A DNA stretch of 32,000 nt from Phycisphaera mikurensis NBRC 102666 (GCF_000284115.1 NC_017080.1:840001-872000), one strand, 5' to 3'; counted from the stretch's first letter, positions 1 through 9,786 are shown. Made by a program: numbers and translations. The notes: generated from the sequence alone by a model not told the origin.

Positions 1-73
1 TTCGAACCCACGAACGGTGTGACCCGTTACAGGTTTTCGAAACCAGCGCCTTCAGCCACTCGGCCACCTCTCC
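1..73 (-). tRNA. tRNA-Ser(CGA), partial (3' end lies outside the window)
   Basis: The reverse complement reads GGAGAGGTGGCCGAGTGGCTGAAGGCGCTGGTTTCGAAAACCTGTAACGGGTCACACCGTTCGTGGGTTCGAA. It has a Ser-type D arm, a CGA anticodon in the loop TTCGAAA, a long class II variable arm (AACGG/CCGTT) and a GTTCGAA T-loop. 5' end at 73. Confidence 0.93.
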
Positions 74-229
74 TGGTGGGCCGGCAATATAGAGCATCGT
101 GCGCCATCTGCCGATCGGCCTGCGCCCTCGGAGGCGGCCGGGACACGGCTCACGGTGCGTCAGCCCGCGCCGGCCGCCCCGCAGCGCCACCGCGGTCCTT
201 GCCGGAGCGACCCGCGGAGAACCCCCGAT

Positions 230-275
230 CCGCGGACCGAGAAGCCGTCCGCCCCCGGAGCCCCGCGGTCCGCGG
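230..275. repeat. Dispersed 46-bp inverted repeat, copy A (CCGCGGACCG-N26-CGGTCCGCGG)
   Basis: Perfect 10-bp arms at 230-239 and 266-275; it ends 2 nt from the stop codon of the minus-strand PEGA lipoprotein gene. Confidence 0.85.
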
Positions 276-277
276 CT

Positions 278-715
278 TCAGCGATCGTGCATCGCCCGCT
301 GCCGCAGCGCCCGCGCCCGCCCGAGCAGGGCGTCGGTCGAGGCGTCGCCCGCGTCGGGGCTCGGCTCCAGAGCGAAGCTCCAGTGCAGGTCGACGTCCGC
401 CCCCACCGCCTCTCCGATCAGGTCCAGCGGCGGGAACTCCCAGAAGGGCGCGACCGCCCGGTGTTCCGTCCAGAGCGGCTCGAAGCCGTCGGCCCGCAGC
501 CGCACGTCGTACACGCCGTAGTAGGTGAACGGGACGGTCACCGGCGTCCGCCCCACCTCCTGGTCGTTGAGGTGGACCAACGCCCCGCTGGGCTCGCTCT
601 GGATCGTGACGAAGCGGTCGGTCCCGCAGCCCGACGAGGCGGACCACGCCCCGCCCACGAGCGCGAGCGACAGCAGCCGCTCCGCAGCCCCCATCTTGAA
701 TCTCGTCTGCGGCAT
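278..715 (-). CDS. PEGA-domain lipoprotein
   Basis: 145 aa ORF; lipobox-like signal (LALVGGAWSASSGC) followed by VTIQSEPSGALVHLNDQEVGRTPVTVPFTYYGVYDVRLRADGF, typical of PEGA domains. Confidence 0.85.
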   Translation of the reverse strand: MPQTRFKMGAAERLLSLALVGGAWSASSGCGTDRFVTIQSEPSGALVHLNDQEVGRTPVTVPFTYYGVYDVRLRADGFEPLWTEHRAVAPFWEFPPLDLIGEAVGADVDLHWSFALEPSPDAGDASTDALLGRARALRQRAMHDR

Positions 716-763
716 CCCTGGCGCTCCGCGGTGCTCGGCAACCCCTCCCCGCGGGAAGATCCT

Positions 764-1048
764 CTAGAACGCCTCGGCGACCTCAGCCATCGCCGCGTCG
801 ATCTTGCCGTCGAGGTGGGCACGCTGCCCGTCCTGCAGCCGCACGAGGTCGGCGTTGAGGCCCGCGGCGTCGGCCTGCCGGGCGGCGGCGTTGTTGAACT
901 CCCAGCGGAACCAGCCCGTGGCGCCGGTGATCGTGATGATCAGCAGCAGCACGAAGAGGACCGTCACGAAGGTGATGATCCCGAAGTTCAGCTCGCGGGT
1001 CGTGCCCACGCCGGTCGCGGCGTGGGCGTCTGGGGTCTCAGTGTCCAT
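764..1048 (-). CDS. Small single-TM protein, possible accessory subunit or assembly factor of the ACIII cluster
   Basis: 94 aa; one strong TM (FGIITFVTVLFVLLLIITITGATGWF); its start overlaps the end of the ActF ORF by 11 bp. Confidence 0.7.
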   Translation of the reverse strand: MDTETPDAHAATGVGTTRELNFGIITFVTVLFVLLLIITITGATGWFRWEFNNAAARQADAAGLNADLVRLQDGQRAHLDGKIDAAMAEVAEAF

Positions 1049-2729
1049 GGGCGGTGCCTCCGGCGGCGGGGTCGTGGGGGTGCTCCTCCACGCGGTGCAT
1101 CGGGGCCCACACGGAGGTGTCCAGCGCCAGGGCCTCGTGCATCCGCGGGTCGCGGTGGGCGACCAGCCGGTGGCGAGCGGCCTTGCGGAGGGCCGCGGCG
1201 ACGGTCAGCGCGAGCAGCCCCACCGCGACGAGCAGATCGATCGGCAGGAAGCCCAGGTCCATCCCCGGGCTGGTGAGAACGGGCATCGCCATCCAGTAGA
1301 AGTCGACGTAGACCATGACCAGCAGCCAGACGGCCATGATCGTCCGCGTCGTGGGGTTGCGCTTCGTCCACGCCGGCAGCAGGATGGCGAAGGGCACCAG
1401 CAGGTGCAGGAACAGCATTGAGAGGGCGATCCAGCTCCAGCCGCCGCCGTAGGTGCCGGCCCCGCCGTCGCTGGCGGTGCCCTGGACCGTCGTGATGCCC
1501 CGGAGCTCGAACCAGTAGGTGGTCTCCGGCAGCGAGGCGTACCAGATGAGCATGAACTGGCTGAAGCTGACGTAGCCCCAGAAGAACACGAAGGCGAAGA
1601 GCAGCTTGGTGAGGTCGTGGAAGTGGGCGGTCTTCACGTTCGGCAAGAAGCCCTGCTTCTTCAGGAAGGTGGCGAGCAGGATGATGACCGCCAGGCCCGC
1701 GGTGAAGGCGTCCGCGAAGAAGATGACGCCGAACATCGTCGAGAACATCACCGGGTCCAGGCCCAGCAACAGGTCCAGCGCGACGCCCATCGTCAGCAAC
1801 GCGAAGCAGATCACCGACACGGGCGCCCACCACTCGCGGCGGTTGGTGTGGGCCACGTCGCCGTCCTCATCCTGCGCCACCGACTTCCGCCAGAACCAGT
1901 AGCCGATCGCGCCCAGCACGCCGAAGTACAGGATCCAGCGGAGCACGAAGAACCACGGCTCGAACCACGGCTGCTTGAGCTCGGTGAAGTACTGCAGGGC
2001 GCCGTCGTACCAGCCCATGTCCGCGTTCTGCTCGGCGACGTAGGAGTAGCCCATCGGGCCGTGGTGCTCGCCGTGGTGCGCGTCCGCGGCGTGGCCGACG
2101 GCGTGCTCGGCCATGCCCTGTCGGACGACGCCGGCGGGGTTCTGGCCCGCCTCGTGGCTCGGCGTGTCGGCGTGCTCGAGGCCGTCGGGGGTGACGCCCG
2201 TGGCGGGCTGGCCGCCGTGCCCGGCGGCGTCGGGCGAGCCCGCGACGGGCCGGGCCCCGGCGGCGGCGAGCTGGATCGCGTCGAAGGGCCCGCCGCGGAA
2301 CGGGCCGTCGGGCGACACCATCGCGTGCTCGCCGGCGGGCGCCTCGAAGGTCTGGGCCCACGGGTACAGCGCACCCTGCCAGGAGGCGACGTAGAGCAGG
2401 ATCGGGAGGAACAGCAGCGCCATCGTCGGCATCGACGCGGCGAACACCTCGGCCAGCCGGCGGACCGTCACGCACCACCCGGCGCGGAACAGCGTCGTGA
2501 TCAGCGTGAAGAACAGGCAGCCGAGCACGATCGACATCGAGAAGGCGTAGCCGATCAGGTAGGCGAAGCCGAAGCGTTGGATCCCCCGCTCGCCGAAGAG
2601 CAGGGCCAGCAGCAGCGCGAGGCCGAGGCAGGCGGCACCGGCGATGAGCAGGTTCCGCATCCACGGCCACGCGCGGCGGCCGAGGATGGCGGTGTCTTCG
2701 GCGGTGAGGGCGGGTGCGTGATGGGCCAT
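1038..2729 (-). CDS. actF: Alternative complex III integral membrane subunit ActF
   Basis: 563 aa multi-TM protein (RYGFAYLIGYAFSMSIVLGCLFFTLI..., TRTIMAVWLLVMVYVDFYWMAMPVL) in the canonical ActA-F order. Confidence 0.88.
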   Translation of the reverse strand: MAHHAPALTAEDTAILGRRAWPWMRNLLIAGAACLGLALLLALLFGERGIQRFGFAYLIGYAFSMSIVLGCLFFTLITTLFRAGWCVTVRRLAEVFAASMPTMALLFLPILLYVASWQGALYPWAQTFEAPAGEHAMVSPDGPFRGGPFDAIQLAAAGARPVAGSPDAAGHGGQPATGVTPDGLEHADTPSHEAGQNPAGVVRQGMAEHAVGHAADAHHGEHHGPMGYSYVAEQNADMGWYDGALQYFTELKQPWFEPWFFVLRWILYFGVLGAIGYWFWRKSVAQDEDGDVAHTNRREWWAPVSVICFALLTMGVALDLLLGLDPVMFSTMFGVIFFADAFTAGLAVIILLATFLKKQGFLPNVKTAHFHDLTKLLFAFVFFWGYVSFSQFMLIWYASLPETTYWFELRGITTVQGTASDGGAGTYGGGWSWIALSMLFLHLLVPFAILLPAWTKRNPTTRTIMAVWLLVMVYVDFYWMAMPVLTSPGMDLGFLPIDLLVAVGLLALTVAAALRKAARHRLVAHRDPRMHEALALDTSVWAPMHRVEEHPHDPAAGGTAHGH

Positions 2730-2783
2730 AAGGTTCCGCTTGGCGGATGGTCGTTCGATCGGGGATCCGGCGTCGCGGGCGTT

Positions 2784-3734
2784 CTACTCGGCGCCGATGC
2801 CCTCGCCCACGCCGTCGGGCGCGGAGGCGTCTTCCTCGGCGTTGTCGGAAGGCGAAGCGTCGGTGCTGCTGTCGGCGCCGAGCCCGGGCACGGCGGGGTC
2901 GCCCTCGTTGGCGACGACCGTCGGCTCGGGCGGGTTGAGGATCGCTTCGGGGATGTCGGGCTCTGCGGCGGCGTCGGACTCCTCCCCCGCCGCCTCCGCT
3001 TCGGCCGCCTCCGCGAGCACGTCCGCTCTCTGAGCTTCCTGGAGGGCGCGGATGTAGGCGACGACCGCCCAGCGGTCCTCGACCGGCATCGCGTGGGCGT
3101 AACCGGCCATGCTGCCCTTGCCGTTGGCGATCGTGTTGTAGAGGTGCCCCTCGCTGTACAGCTCCGGGCCGTAGGCGAGTTTGTCGCCCTCGAGCTTCAT
3201 CAAGCTGGCGGGCGGCACCCAGACGGTGCCGAGCCCGCGGCCGGAGGTCATCAGCTGCTGCGCCCGCTGGTGGACCGGCCCGTTGCCGCGGCCGTCGAGG
3301 CCGTGGCAGAGGCTGCACATCGCGTCGTAGCGCTCCTGGCCGTGCTTGACGAACAGCTCGTCCACCGTGATCTCTTCCGGGAAGCCCGTCAGGTAGTGGG
3401 TGGTCGTGCCGGAGGGGTTCTCCTCGGTGGCGGCGGCCTCCACCAGCTCGAAGCCGCGGTTGAGGTGGTCGTCGTCGCCGAGCTGCCCCCGCCCGACGGC
3501 TCCGGGCACCGCCGGACGCATCGCCCGGCCGTCGGCGAAGAGCGCGGAGGCGCCCTGTGCCTTGTGCTTCACCTGGTTGTCCATGTCCTGGAACAGGTGG
3601 ATCCGCGGCTCCTTGTGGTAGCTCGTGGAGTGCATCAGGAACAGCGTCAGCGGAACCAGCGACGTGACGGCGCCGAGCAGCAGCACGAAGACGAGGGGCC
3701 GCGGGGGCGAGGGCAGGTGGAGGGGGAGTTTCAT
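2784..3734 (-). CDS. actE: Alternative complex III cytochrome c subunit ActE
   Basis: 316 aa; CSLCHG heme motif, N-terminal TM anchor, TGFPEEITVDELFVKHGQERYDAMCSLCHGLDGRGNGPV; followed by an acidic tail. Confidence 0.88.
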   Translation of the reverse strand: MKLPLHLPSPPRPLVFVLLLGAVTSLVPLTLFLMHSTSYHKEPRIHLFQDMDNQVKHKAQGASALFADGRAMRPAVPGAVGRGQLGDDDHLNRGFELVEAAATEENPSGTTTHYLTGFPEEITVDELFVKHGQERYDAMCSLCHGLDGRGNGPVHQRAQQLMTSGRGLGTVWVPPASLMKLEGDKLAYGPELYSEGHLYNTIANGKGSMAGYAHAMPVEDRWAVVAYIRALQEAQRADVLAEAAEAEAAGEESDAAAEPDIPEAILNPPEPTVVANEGDPAVPGLGADSSTDASPSDNAEEDASAPDGVGEGIGAE

Positions 3735-3794
3735 GATCCCGTGGCTCCGGGCTTCGCCCGGGCGGATGGTGGGTTCGGTGCGGCGGGAGGCGTC

Positions 3795-4457
3795 TTAGTC
3801 CCGCACGAGGTCGGTGGAGAGGGCGCCCTGGTCCTGGAGGAACTTCAGCGTGCGGTGCTCGTCGAAGCGGGGGTCGTCGGCCTGGATCGCGAGGATGAAG
3901 CGGTCGTCGGTGGCCCGCTTCATCAACGGGCTCTTGAAGAGCGGGTTGAAGAGCATTGGCAGGCGGTTGAGCAGGAACATCGCGAACACCGCCGTGTAGG
4001 CGGCGAACATGATGGTCAGCTCGAAGATCACCGGGATGTACGCCGCGAGGGCGGCATAGGGCTTGCCCGAGATCAGGTACTGGTACCCCTCCAGCGACAC
4101 CGGGATGAGGGGCACCCCCTGCGGGCCGGCCATCGTGTAGAGCGTGAGGGACAGGCCGGTGGCCATGCCGCCGAGCCCCATCGCCAGCACGATCCAGGGG
4201 AGGATCGTCGGCTTCACGTCCAGGGCCGCGTCCATGCCGTGGATCGGGAAGGGCGTGTGGACGTCGGTGCGGGTGTACCCGGCCTCGGTGCAGCGCTTCG
4301 CCGCCATCAGCACCGAGTCGACGGTGTCGAACTCGGCGAGCAGGGCGTAGGGCATGCCCGCGTCGATGCTCGCGGCCACGCGGTGCCCGCGCGGCAGGTC
4401 GATCAGCGTCTCGGAAGTCGGTTGGGAGGCGGCGGTGGTCAAGGGTTCGCTTCGCAA
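3795..4457 (-). CDS. actD: Alternative complex III subunit ActD (DUF3341 family)
   Basis: 220 aa; ALLAEFDTVDSVLMAAKRCTEAGYTRTDVHTPFPIHGMDAAL is typical of DUF3341; two TMs; syntenic. Confidence 0.92.
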   Translation of the reverse strand: MRSEPLTTAASQPTSETLIDLPRGHRVAASIDAGMPYALLAEFDTVDSVLMAAKRCTEAGYTRTDVHTPFPIHGMDAALDVKPTILPWIVLAMGLGGMATGLSLTLYTMAGPQGVPLIPVSLEGYQYLISGKPYAALAAYIPVIFELTIMFAAYTAVFAMFLLNRLPMLFNPLFKSPLMKRATDDRFILAIQADDPRFDEHRTLKFLQDQGALSTDLVRD

Positions 4458-4634
4458 GGAGGGAGGTGGCGGGCGGCGGTTCCGACTCGGCGGTGCCGGG
4501 TGTGCGGCCGGTGCGTCTGCATTCTCAAGGGGCGGTTCGCGGGTCGGCGTCCTGGGCGGGGGTGGGTCGCGGGAGGGGCGGGCAAAGACGAGATCGTGCT
4601 TCCGCTGCGATCCGCACGCCCGCTCGCTTCTGCA

Positions 4635-6047
4635 TCAGTGGTGCGAGGCATGGGCCGCGGGCATGACCGTCTTGACCTCGGAGATCGCCACGGTCGGAAG
4701 GAACTTGAGGAAGAGCAGGAAGTTGGTGAAGAACAGCCCGAAGCTGGCGGTGAACATCAGCCCGTCCACCCAGGTGGCCTCGAAGAGCGCCCAGCTCGAC
4801 GGCAGGAAGTCGTTGGAGAGCGAGGTGATGGTGATCACGAAGCGCTCGAACCACATGCCGATGTTCACGCCCATCGCCGAGATCATCACGATCCAGGGGT
4901 TCAGGCGGAACCGCTTCACCCACATCAGCTGCGGAGCGCAGATGTTGCAGAGGAACATCGTCCAGAAGGCCCAGGCGTAGGGCCCGAAGGGGCGGAAGAG
5001 GAAGATCGCCTTCTCGTAGTGGTGGCCGCTGTACCAGGCGTAGAAGAACTCGGTGGTGTAGGCGAACGCCACGATCATGCCCGTTCCGAGCATCACCTTG
5101 GCGCAGTTGTCGATGTGCCGCTCGGTGATGATGTCCTTGAAGCCCAGCAGGTAGCGGGCGGGGATCGCGAGCGTCAGCACCATGGCGAAGCCGCCGAAGA
5201 TGGCCCCCGCCACGAAGTACGGGGGGAAGATCGTCGTGTGCCAGCCGGGCAGCTGGGCGACCGCGAAGTCGAAGGACACGACCGAGTGCACGGAGAGCAC
5301 CAGCGGGGTGCACAGCGCCGCGAGCAGCAGGTACGCCTTCTCGAAGCGGCTCCAGTGGCGGCTGCTGCCGGTCCAGCCCAGGCTGGCGATGCCGTAGCCG
5401 ATCTTGGCGATGCGGTTCTTCGTGCGGTCGCGGAGCGTCGCGATGTCCGGCACCATGCCCGTGTACCAGAACAGCAGCGAGACGCTCGCGTACGTGGAGA
5501 CCGCGAAGACGTCCCAGAGCAGCGGCGAGCGGAACTGCGGCCACATCGCCATCTGGTTGGGGTACGGGAAGAGCCAGTACGCGAGCCAGGGGCGGCCGAC
5601 GTGGATGGCCGGGAAGATGCCGGCGCAGACGACCGCGAAGATCGTCATCGCCTCGGCGAAGCGGTTGATGCTCGTCCGCCAGTTCTGGCGGAACAGGAAG
5701 AGGATCGCGGAGATCAGCGTGCCCGCGTGGCCGATGCCGACCCAGAACACGAAGTTGATGATTGGGAAGCCCCAGGCGTTGGGCTGGTTGTTGCCCCAGA
5801 CGCCCACGCCGGTGGTGACCAGGTACCCGATCAGGCCGAAGAACAGGCCCGCCAGCCCCACCGCCGGGACGAACAGCACCCACCACCAGATCGCCGGCCA
5901 GGACACGGCCACGCGGGAGACGCGGTCGGTGACGTCGCGGAAGCCCAGCCCACCGAGCACCAGCGGTGCGCGGCGGGTGGGATCGTCGCCCGTGTTGGAT
6001 CCCGCGTCGCGGGGGCCGAGGTCGTAGCCGGGGTGGATGGAGGCCAT
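4635..6047 (-). CDS. actC: Alternative complex III NrfD-like subunit ActC
   Basis: 470 aa multi-TM NrfD/PsrC-like protein ([60 protein letters not shown]). Confidence 0.93.
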   Translation of the reverse strand: MASIHPGYDLGPRDAGSNTGDDPTRRAPLVLGGLGFRDVTDRVSRVAVSWPAIWWWVLFVPAVGLAGLFFGLIGYLVTTGVGVWGNNQPNAWGFPIINFVFWVGIGHAGTLISAILFLFRQNWRTSINRFAEAMTIFAVVCAGIFPAIHVGRPWLAYWLFPYPNQMAMWPQFRSPLLWDVFAVSTYASVSLLFWYTGMVPDIATLRDRTKNRIAKIGYGIASLGWTGSSRHWSRFEKAYLLLAALCTPLVLSVHSVVSFDFAVAQLPGWHTTIFPPYFVAGAIFGGFAMVLTLAIPARYLLGFKDIITERHIDNCAKVMLGTGMIVAFAYTTEFFYAWYSGHHYEKAIFLFRPFGPYAWAFWTMFLCNICAPQLMWVKRFRLNPWIVMISAMGVNIGMWFERFVITITSLSNDFLPSSWALFEATWVDGLMFTASFGLFFTNFLLFLKFLPTVAISEVKTVMPAAHASHH

Positions 6048-6075
6048 GAAGCTTGTTTCAGGTCGTCCGCCAGTG

Positions 6076-6121
6076 CCGCGGACCGTGATCGGTTTGGGTC
6101 GTTCGAGCCCGCGGTCCGCGG
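6076..6121. repeat. Dispersed 46-bp inverted repeat, copy B
   Basis: CCGCGGACCG (6076-6085), N26, CGGTCCGCGG (6112-6121); in the 235-bp actB-actC gap. Confidence 0.9.
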
Positions 6122-6282
6122 ATGTTCGGTCGTGTCAGCCGCTCCGGGTCATCGTCGCGGGGCGAGGCAGGGCGGGCGGGCGGGATCGGCCTGGGGCCTG
6201 GGCTTCGAGCCTCCGGCGGCTCCATCTCCGCGGCCCTCCGCGGTCCTCCGCGTCGTCCCGCGTGGCGCGGCCCCCGTCCGCT

Positions 6283-9200
6283 TCAGCCGTGGTCGTGGCT
6301 CTTGCTCGTGTCCTTGCCCTTGGCCGACGCGACGGGGTTGCTGATCTTGGCGAGGTACTCGGTGCGGGCGCGGTGGTTGAGCTCGGAGAGCAGGGCGTAG
6401 CTGCGCGGGTTGTGCTGCTGGAGGACGCTCACGTGGCTGTCGGGGTCGTTCAGGTTGCCGAAGACGATCGCGTCGGTGGGGCAGGCGTTCTGGCAGGCGG
6501 TCCGGATCTCGCCGTCCTGCACCAGCCGGTCTTCGTCGGCGGGGTTCTCGCCGGCGGTCTTGCGCTTGGCCCAGTCGGCCTTGAGCGCGATCTTGGTGCG
6601 GCTGATCCGCTGCGTGCAGTACGTGCACTTCTCCATGACGCCGCGCATCCGCACGGTGACGTCGGGGTTGAAGAGCATCCGGCGCACCTGGTCGACCACG
6701 TCGCCTTGCTGCGTGTCGGCGAAGTCCAGCCAGGGCTTGTTCTGGACCTCGATGCCGAGCTTCTTGCTGCGGAAGAAGGAGCTGTCCAGCTTCGAGTGGT
6801 AGTCGAAGTAGTTGAAGCGACGCACCTTGTAGGGGCAGTTGTTGCTGCAGTAGCGCGTGCCGATGCAGCGGTTGTAGACCATCGCGTTGAGGCCCTCGGT
6901 GTCGTGCACCGTGGCGGCGACGGGGCAGACCTGCTCGCAGGGCGCGTTCTCGCACATCACGCAGGCCAGCGGCATGTTGACCGAGCCGAAGGTCTCGCTG
7001 GTCGTGCCCTCGGGATCGCCCTTGAAGTAGGTGTCGATGCGGATCCAGTGCATCTCCCGGCTGATGAGCACCTGATCGCGGCCGACCACCGGGATGTTGT
7101 TCTCCGCCTGGCAGGCGACCACGCACGCGTTGCAGCCCGTGCAGGTGCTCATGTCGATCGACATGCCCCAGGCGTGGGGCACGTTGAACGTGTCGGGGCC
7201 GTCGGGGTTGGGCTGAACGAACTTGGGCTGGTCCGGCCCGGTGACCGAGGGCGGGTCGAACAGCTGCAGCCGGATGTCGGTGTGTGCCCCGGCGGAGGCG
7301 AAGCCCGGGTTCGCGAGGTAGGCGGCGAGGGTCGCCTCCTTGACCGTGTAGCCGCTCTGGTGGGGCTTCTTGCCGGCCCGCTTCTGGATCGCGTAGTCCT
7401 CGATCGCTCCGCGGCCGTGCTGGCCCTCGGGCTTGAAGGGGCTGATGAGGTGGTGCGTCGAGGTGGTCGCGAGCTGCGTGTGCCCGCCCGCGCTGGCGAT
7501 CGTCGCCGGGGCCGACCACATCTGGCCGCTGGACCGCAGCGGGTACACGTTCTGGCCGACGCCGGTGCCGACGTTGCCGCTGACGCGGCGCCCCTGGCCG
7601 ACGTTGACGACGGCGACGCCCTTCGCCTGGCCGGGCATCACGTACACCGGCAGATCCACCGAGCCGGTGGCCGTGGTCACGGTGACGGTGTCGCCGTTGT
7701 CGACGCCGAGCCCGCGGGCATCGGCCATCGAGAGCCGGACCGGGTTGTCCCAGGTGACCTTCGTCAGCGGCTCGGGGAGCTCCTGGAGCCAGCCGGAGTT
7801 GGCGTAGCGGCCGTCCCCGATCGAACCCTCGGCGAAGACGAGCTGGAAGTCGCCTCCGGGAGCGTCCGGCAGCTCCGCGGCCGCGGGGCTGCCGACGGAA
7901 GCCGACGCGAAGGCGGAATCGCGGACGAGACCGTCGTGGACGAAGCCGCGCCAGGCCTTCTCGGCCTCGATGCCCGAGAGCTCGCCGGCGAACACCTGCG
8001 CCTGCGGGTCGTAGCCGGACGCCCCCACCACCGGGGCCCAAGCGCGCCGCACCAGGTGGTATCCGAGGCTGCCCGGGGCGGAGACCGCGGGGTCGCCGCT
8101 GGCGATGGCGGCCAGCTCGATCGGGGTGCGGCCGCCGAAGAGCGGCTCCAGCAGCGGCTGCTGGAGCAGGAGGGTGCCGTCCCAGGCGCGGCCGTCGCCC
8201 CAGCTCTCCAGCGCGTGGGCGCGGGGCAGGTGCCAATCGGCGGCGGCGGAGGTCTCGTCGACGTAGAGCCCGAGGCGGACGACCGTTGGCGCCTTGGCGA
8301 AGGCCTCGGCGACGCCGAGATCGGCCGGGGCGTCGAAGACCGGGTTGCCGTCGAGCACGAGCAGGGTGTCGACCTCGCCGCGGTCGAGCTTGGCGAGCAG
8401 CGAGCTGAGCGAGGGGAGGCAGGCGGCCTCGGCCGCGGGCAGCTCCAGCACGCGGACGGTCTCCCCGAGATTGCCCAGCTTCGCGTTGATCGCGGCGGCG
8501 AGGGCGTGGGCGGCGGCGGGCTGCGCGCGGCCCACGGTGACGAGGGTGCGTCCGCGGGCGGCGGCCTGCAGGTCGCCGGCGAGGGGGGCGAGGAAGCCCT
8601 CGGCCTCGGCGGGGAGCAGCTCGGGGGCGGGGTGGGCGACGCCGGCGACGCCGAGGCGGGCGGCGAGCTCCTGGAGCGCCGCCAAGACGCACGCGGGCGT
8701 CACCTGCATCGTCACGTCGGCGCTGGCGAGCGTGCAGGTCGGCGACGGAGCCGCGGCGTACAGCCGGCTCATCCCCGCCTCGCCCTCCACGCCCCTCTGC
8801 AGGCCGCGGTCGGACGAGCGGCGGTTCACGGCCCAGCCGGCGGCGTTGCTCAGGTAGCCGGGCCCCTCGGCGAGGAAGTCGTCGTCGAAGCAGGCGATGA
8901 CGTCGGCCTTCGCCGCGTCGGCGACGAGGCGCACCGGCTCGCCGCCGAAGGCGAGGGCGAGGCCTTCGATCTCGTTGTCGCGGTTCAGCGGCTCCCAGAC
9001 GTGCCAGCTGCCGGCGCCGTGCTTCGCCTCGAAACGCTTCTTGGCTTCGGCGGCCGCCGGGCCGCTCTGCGGCGTGGCGAGCACGGCGACCCGGCCGGCG
9101 AAGGGCTCGGCCGCCAGGAACGCCTCGAAGGTGGAGGCCCCCCCGGCGAAGGGCTCCGCCTCCTCCCCGGCGCCGCGTGCGCGGTCGACCCGGATGACCG

Positions 9201-9786
9201 ACCGGCTGCGGTCGGGGTCGTACATCTCCAGGCAGGAGGCCTGCGCGGCGTTGTCGGCCTTCCCGGTGAAGGCGTTGAGGCGGTTGAGGGCGTGGATGGC
9301 GCCACCGGACGCCGCCTCGGGGTTCTTCTCGGCGGCCAGCCACGCCGCCTGGAGCGCGAGGAACGCTTCCGGATCGCCCACCGTGGGGTCCAGCGGGTTG
9401 CCGTCGAGCCCGATCGGCCGGCCGTCGAAGCTGGTGACGAACACGCCGCGGGCGTAGCCGCCACGCTCCACCATCGAGGCGAAGCGCTCGGGCACGCCGG
9501 GCATCGTCCCGTCGGGACGCGCGTTGTAGGGAAGCACCTGCTCCTTGGGCCAGCGGCGGCAGCCCTGGAGCGTGAGCCCCGCGAGGGCGATCGAAGCGCC
9601 CGCGAGCCGCATGAACTTGCGGCGACCCATCGACAGCAGCTCGTCGGGGTCGTACCCGGGGAACTCCTTCGCCAGCGAGGCGCGGACCTCCGGCGAGCCC
9701 GCGTGCTCCTCCAGCGACCGCCAGTAGGCCTGCCCGGCGGGGGCGTCGTCGGTCGGGGGCGCGATGGCGGCGGAGCGTTCGTTCAC
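6283..9786 (-). CDS. actB: Alternative complex III molybdopterin-like/Fe-S subunit ActB
   Basis: Proposed GTG start at 9786 (VNERSAAIAPP). Tat/lipoprotein-like GRRKFMRLAGASIALAGLTLQGC, MopB-like body, and a C-terminal Fe-S part with CTGCNACVVAC, CVMCENAPCEQVCP, CIGTRYCSNNCP and CTYC...CQNACP. The track ORF (6283..10620) extends past this start. Confidence 0.92.
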   Translation of the reverse strand: MNERSAAIAPPTDDAPAGQAYWRSLEEHAGSPEVRASLAKEFPGYDPDELLSMGRRKFMRLAGASIALAGLTLQGCRRWPKEQVLPYNARPDGTMPGVPERFASMVERGGYARGVFVTSFDGRPIGLDGNPLDPTVGDPEAFLALQAAWLAAEKNPEAASGGAIHALNRLNAFTGKADNAAQASCLEMYDPDRSRSVIRVDRARGAGEEAEPFAGGASTFEAFLAAEPFAGRVAVLATPQSGPAAAEAKKRFEAKHGAGSWHVWEPLNRDNEIEGLALAFGGEPVRLVADAAKADVIACFDDDFLAEGPGYLSNAAGWAVNRRSSDRGLQRGVEGEAGMSRLYAAAPSPTCTLASADVTMQVTPACVLAALQELAARLGVAGVAHPAPELLPAEAEGFLAPLAGDLQAAARGRTLVTVGRAQPAAAHALAAAINAKLGNLGETVRVLELPAAEAACLPSLSSLLAKLDRGEVDTLLVLDGNPVFDAPADLGVAEAFAKAPTVVRLGLYVDETSAAADWHLPRAHALESWGDGRAWDGTLLLQQPLLEPLFGGRTPIELAAIASGDPAVSAPGSLGYHLVRRAWAPVVGASGYDPQAQVFAGELSGIEAEKAWRGFVHDGLVRDSAFASASVGSPAAAELPDAPGGDFQLVFAEGSIGDGRYANSGWLQELPEPLTKVTWDNPVRLSMADARGLGVDNGDTVTVTTATGSVDLPVYVMPGQAKGVAVVNVGQGRRVSGNVGTGVGQNVYPLRSSGQMWSAPATIASAGGHTQLATTSTHHLISPFKPEGQHGRGAIEDYAIQKRAGKKPHQSGYTVKEATLAAYLANPGFASAGAHTDIRLQLFDPPSVTGPDQPKFVQPNPDGPDTFNVPHAWGMSIDMSTCTGCNACVVACQAENNIPVVGRDQVLISREMHWIRIDTYFKGDPEGTTSETFGSVNMPLACVMCENAPCEQVCPVAATVHDTEGLNAMVYNRCIGTRYCSNNCPYKVRRFNYFDYHSKLDSSFFRSKKLGIEVQNKPWLDFADTQQGDVVDQVRRMLFNPDVTVRMRGVMEKCTYCTQRISRTKIALKADWAKRKTAGENPADEDRLVQDGEIRTACQNACPTDAIVFGNLNDPDSHVSVLQQHNPRSYALLSELNHRARTEYLAKISNPVASAKGKDTSKSHDHG

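Noticed and set aside
190-220. Extra CCGCGGTCC and CCGCGGAG words next to repeat copy A
   Set aside because: They do not match either 10-bp arm and have no partner at the 26-nt spacing; likely GC background or decayed sequence.
6228-6255. CCGCGGCCCTCCGCGGTCCTCCGCG cluster near copy B
   Set aside because: Resembles half-arms but lacks a matching left arm at the right distance; not counted as a copy.
1617-6344. 1575-aa plus-strand ORF across the ACIII operon
   Set aside because: Shadow ORF antisense to clear ActC-F genes; no domain content.
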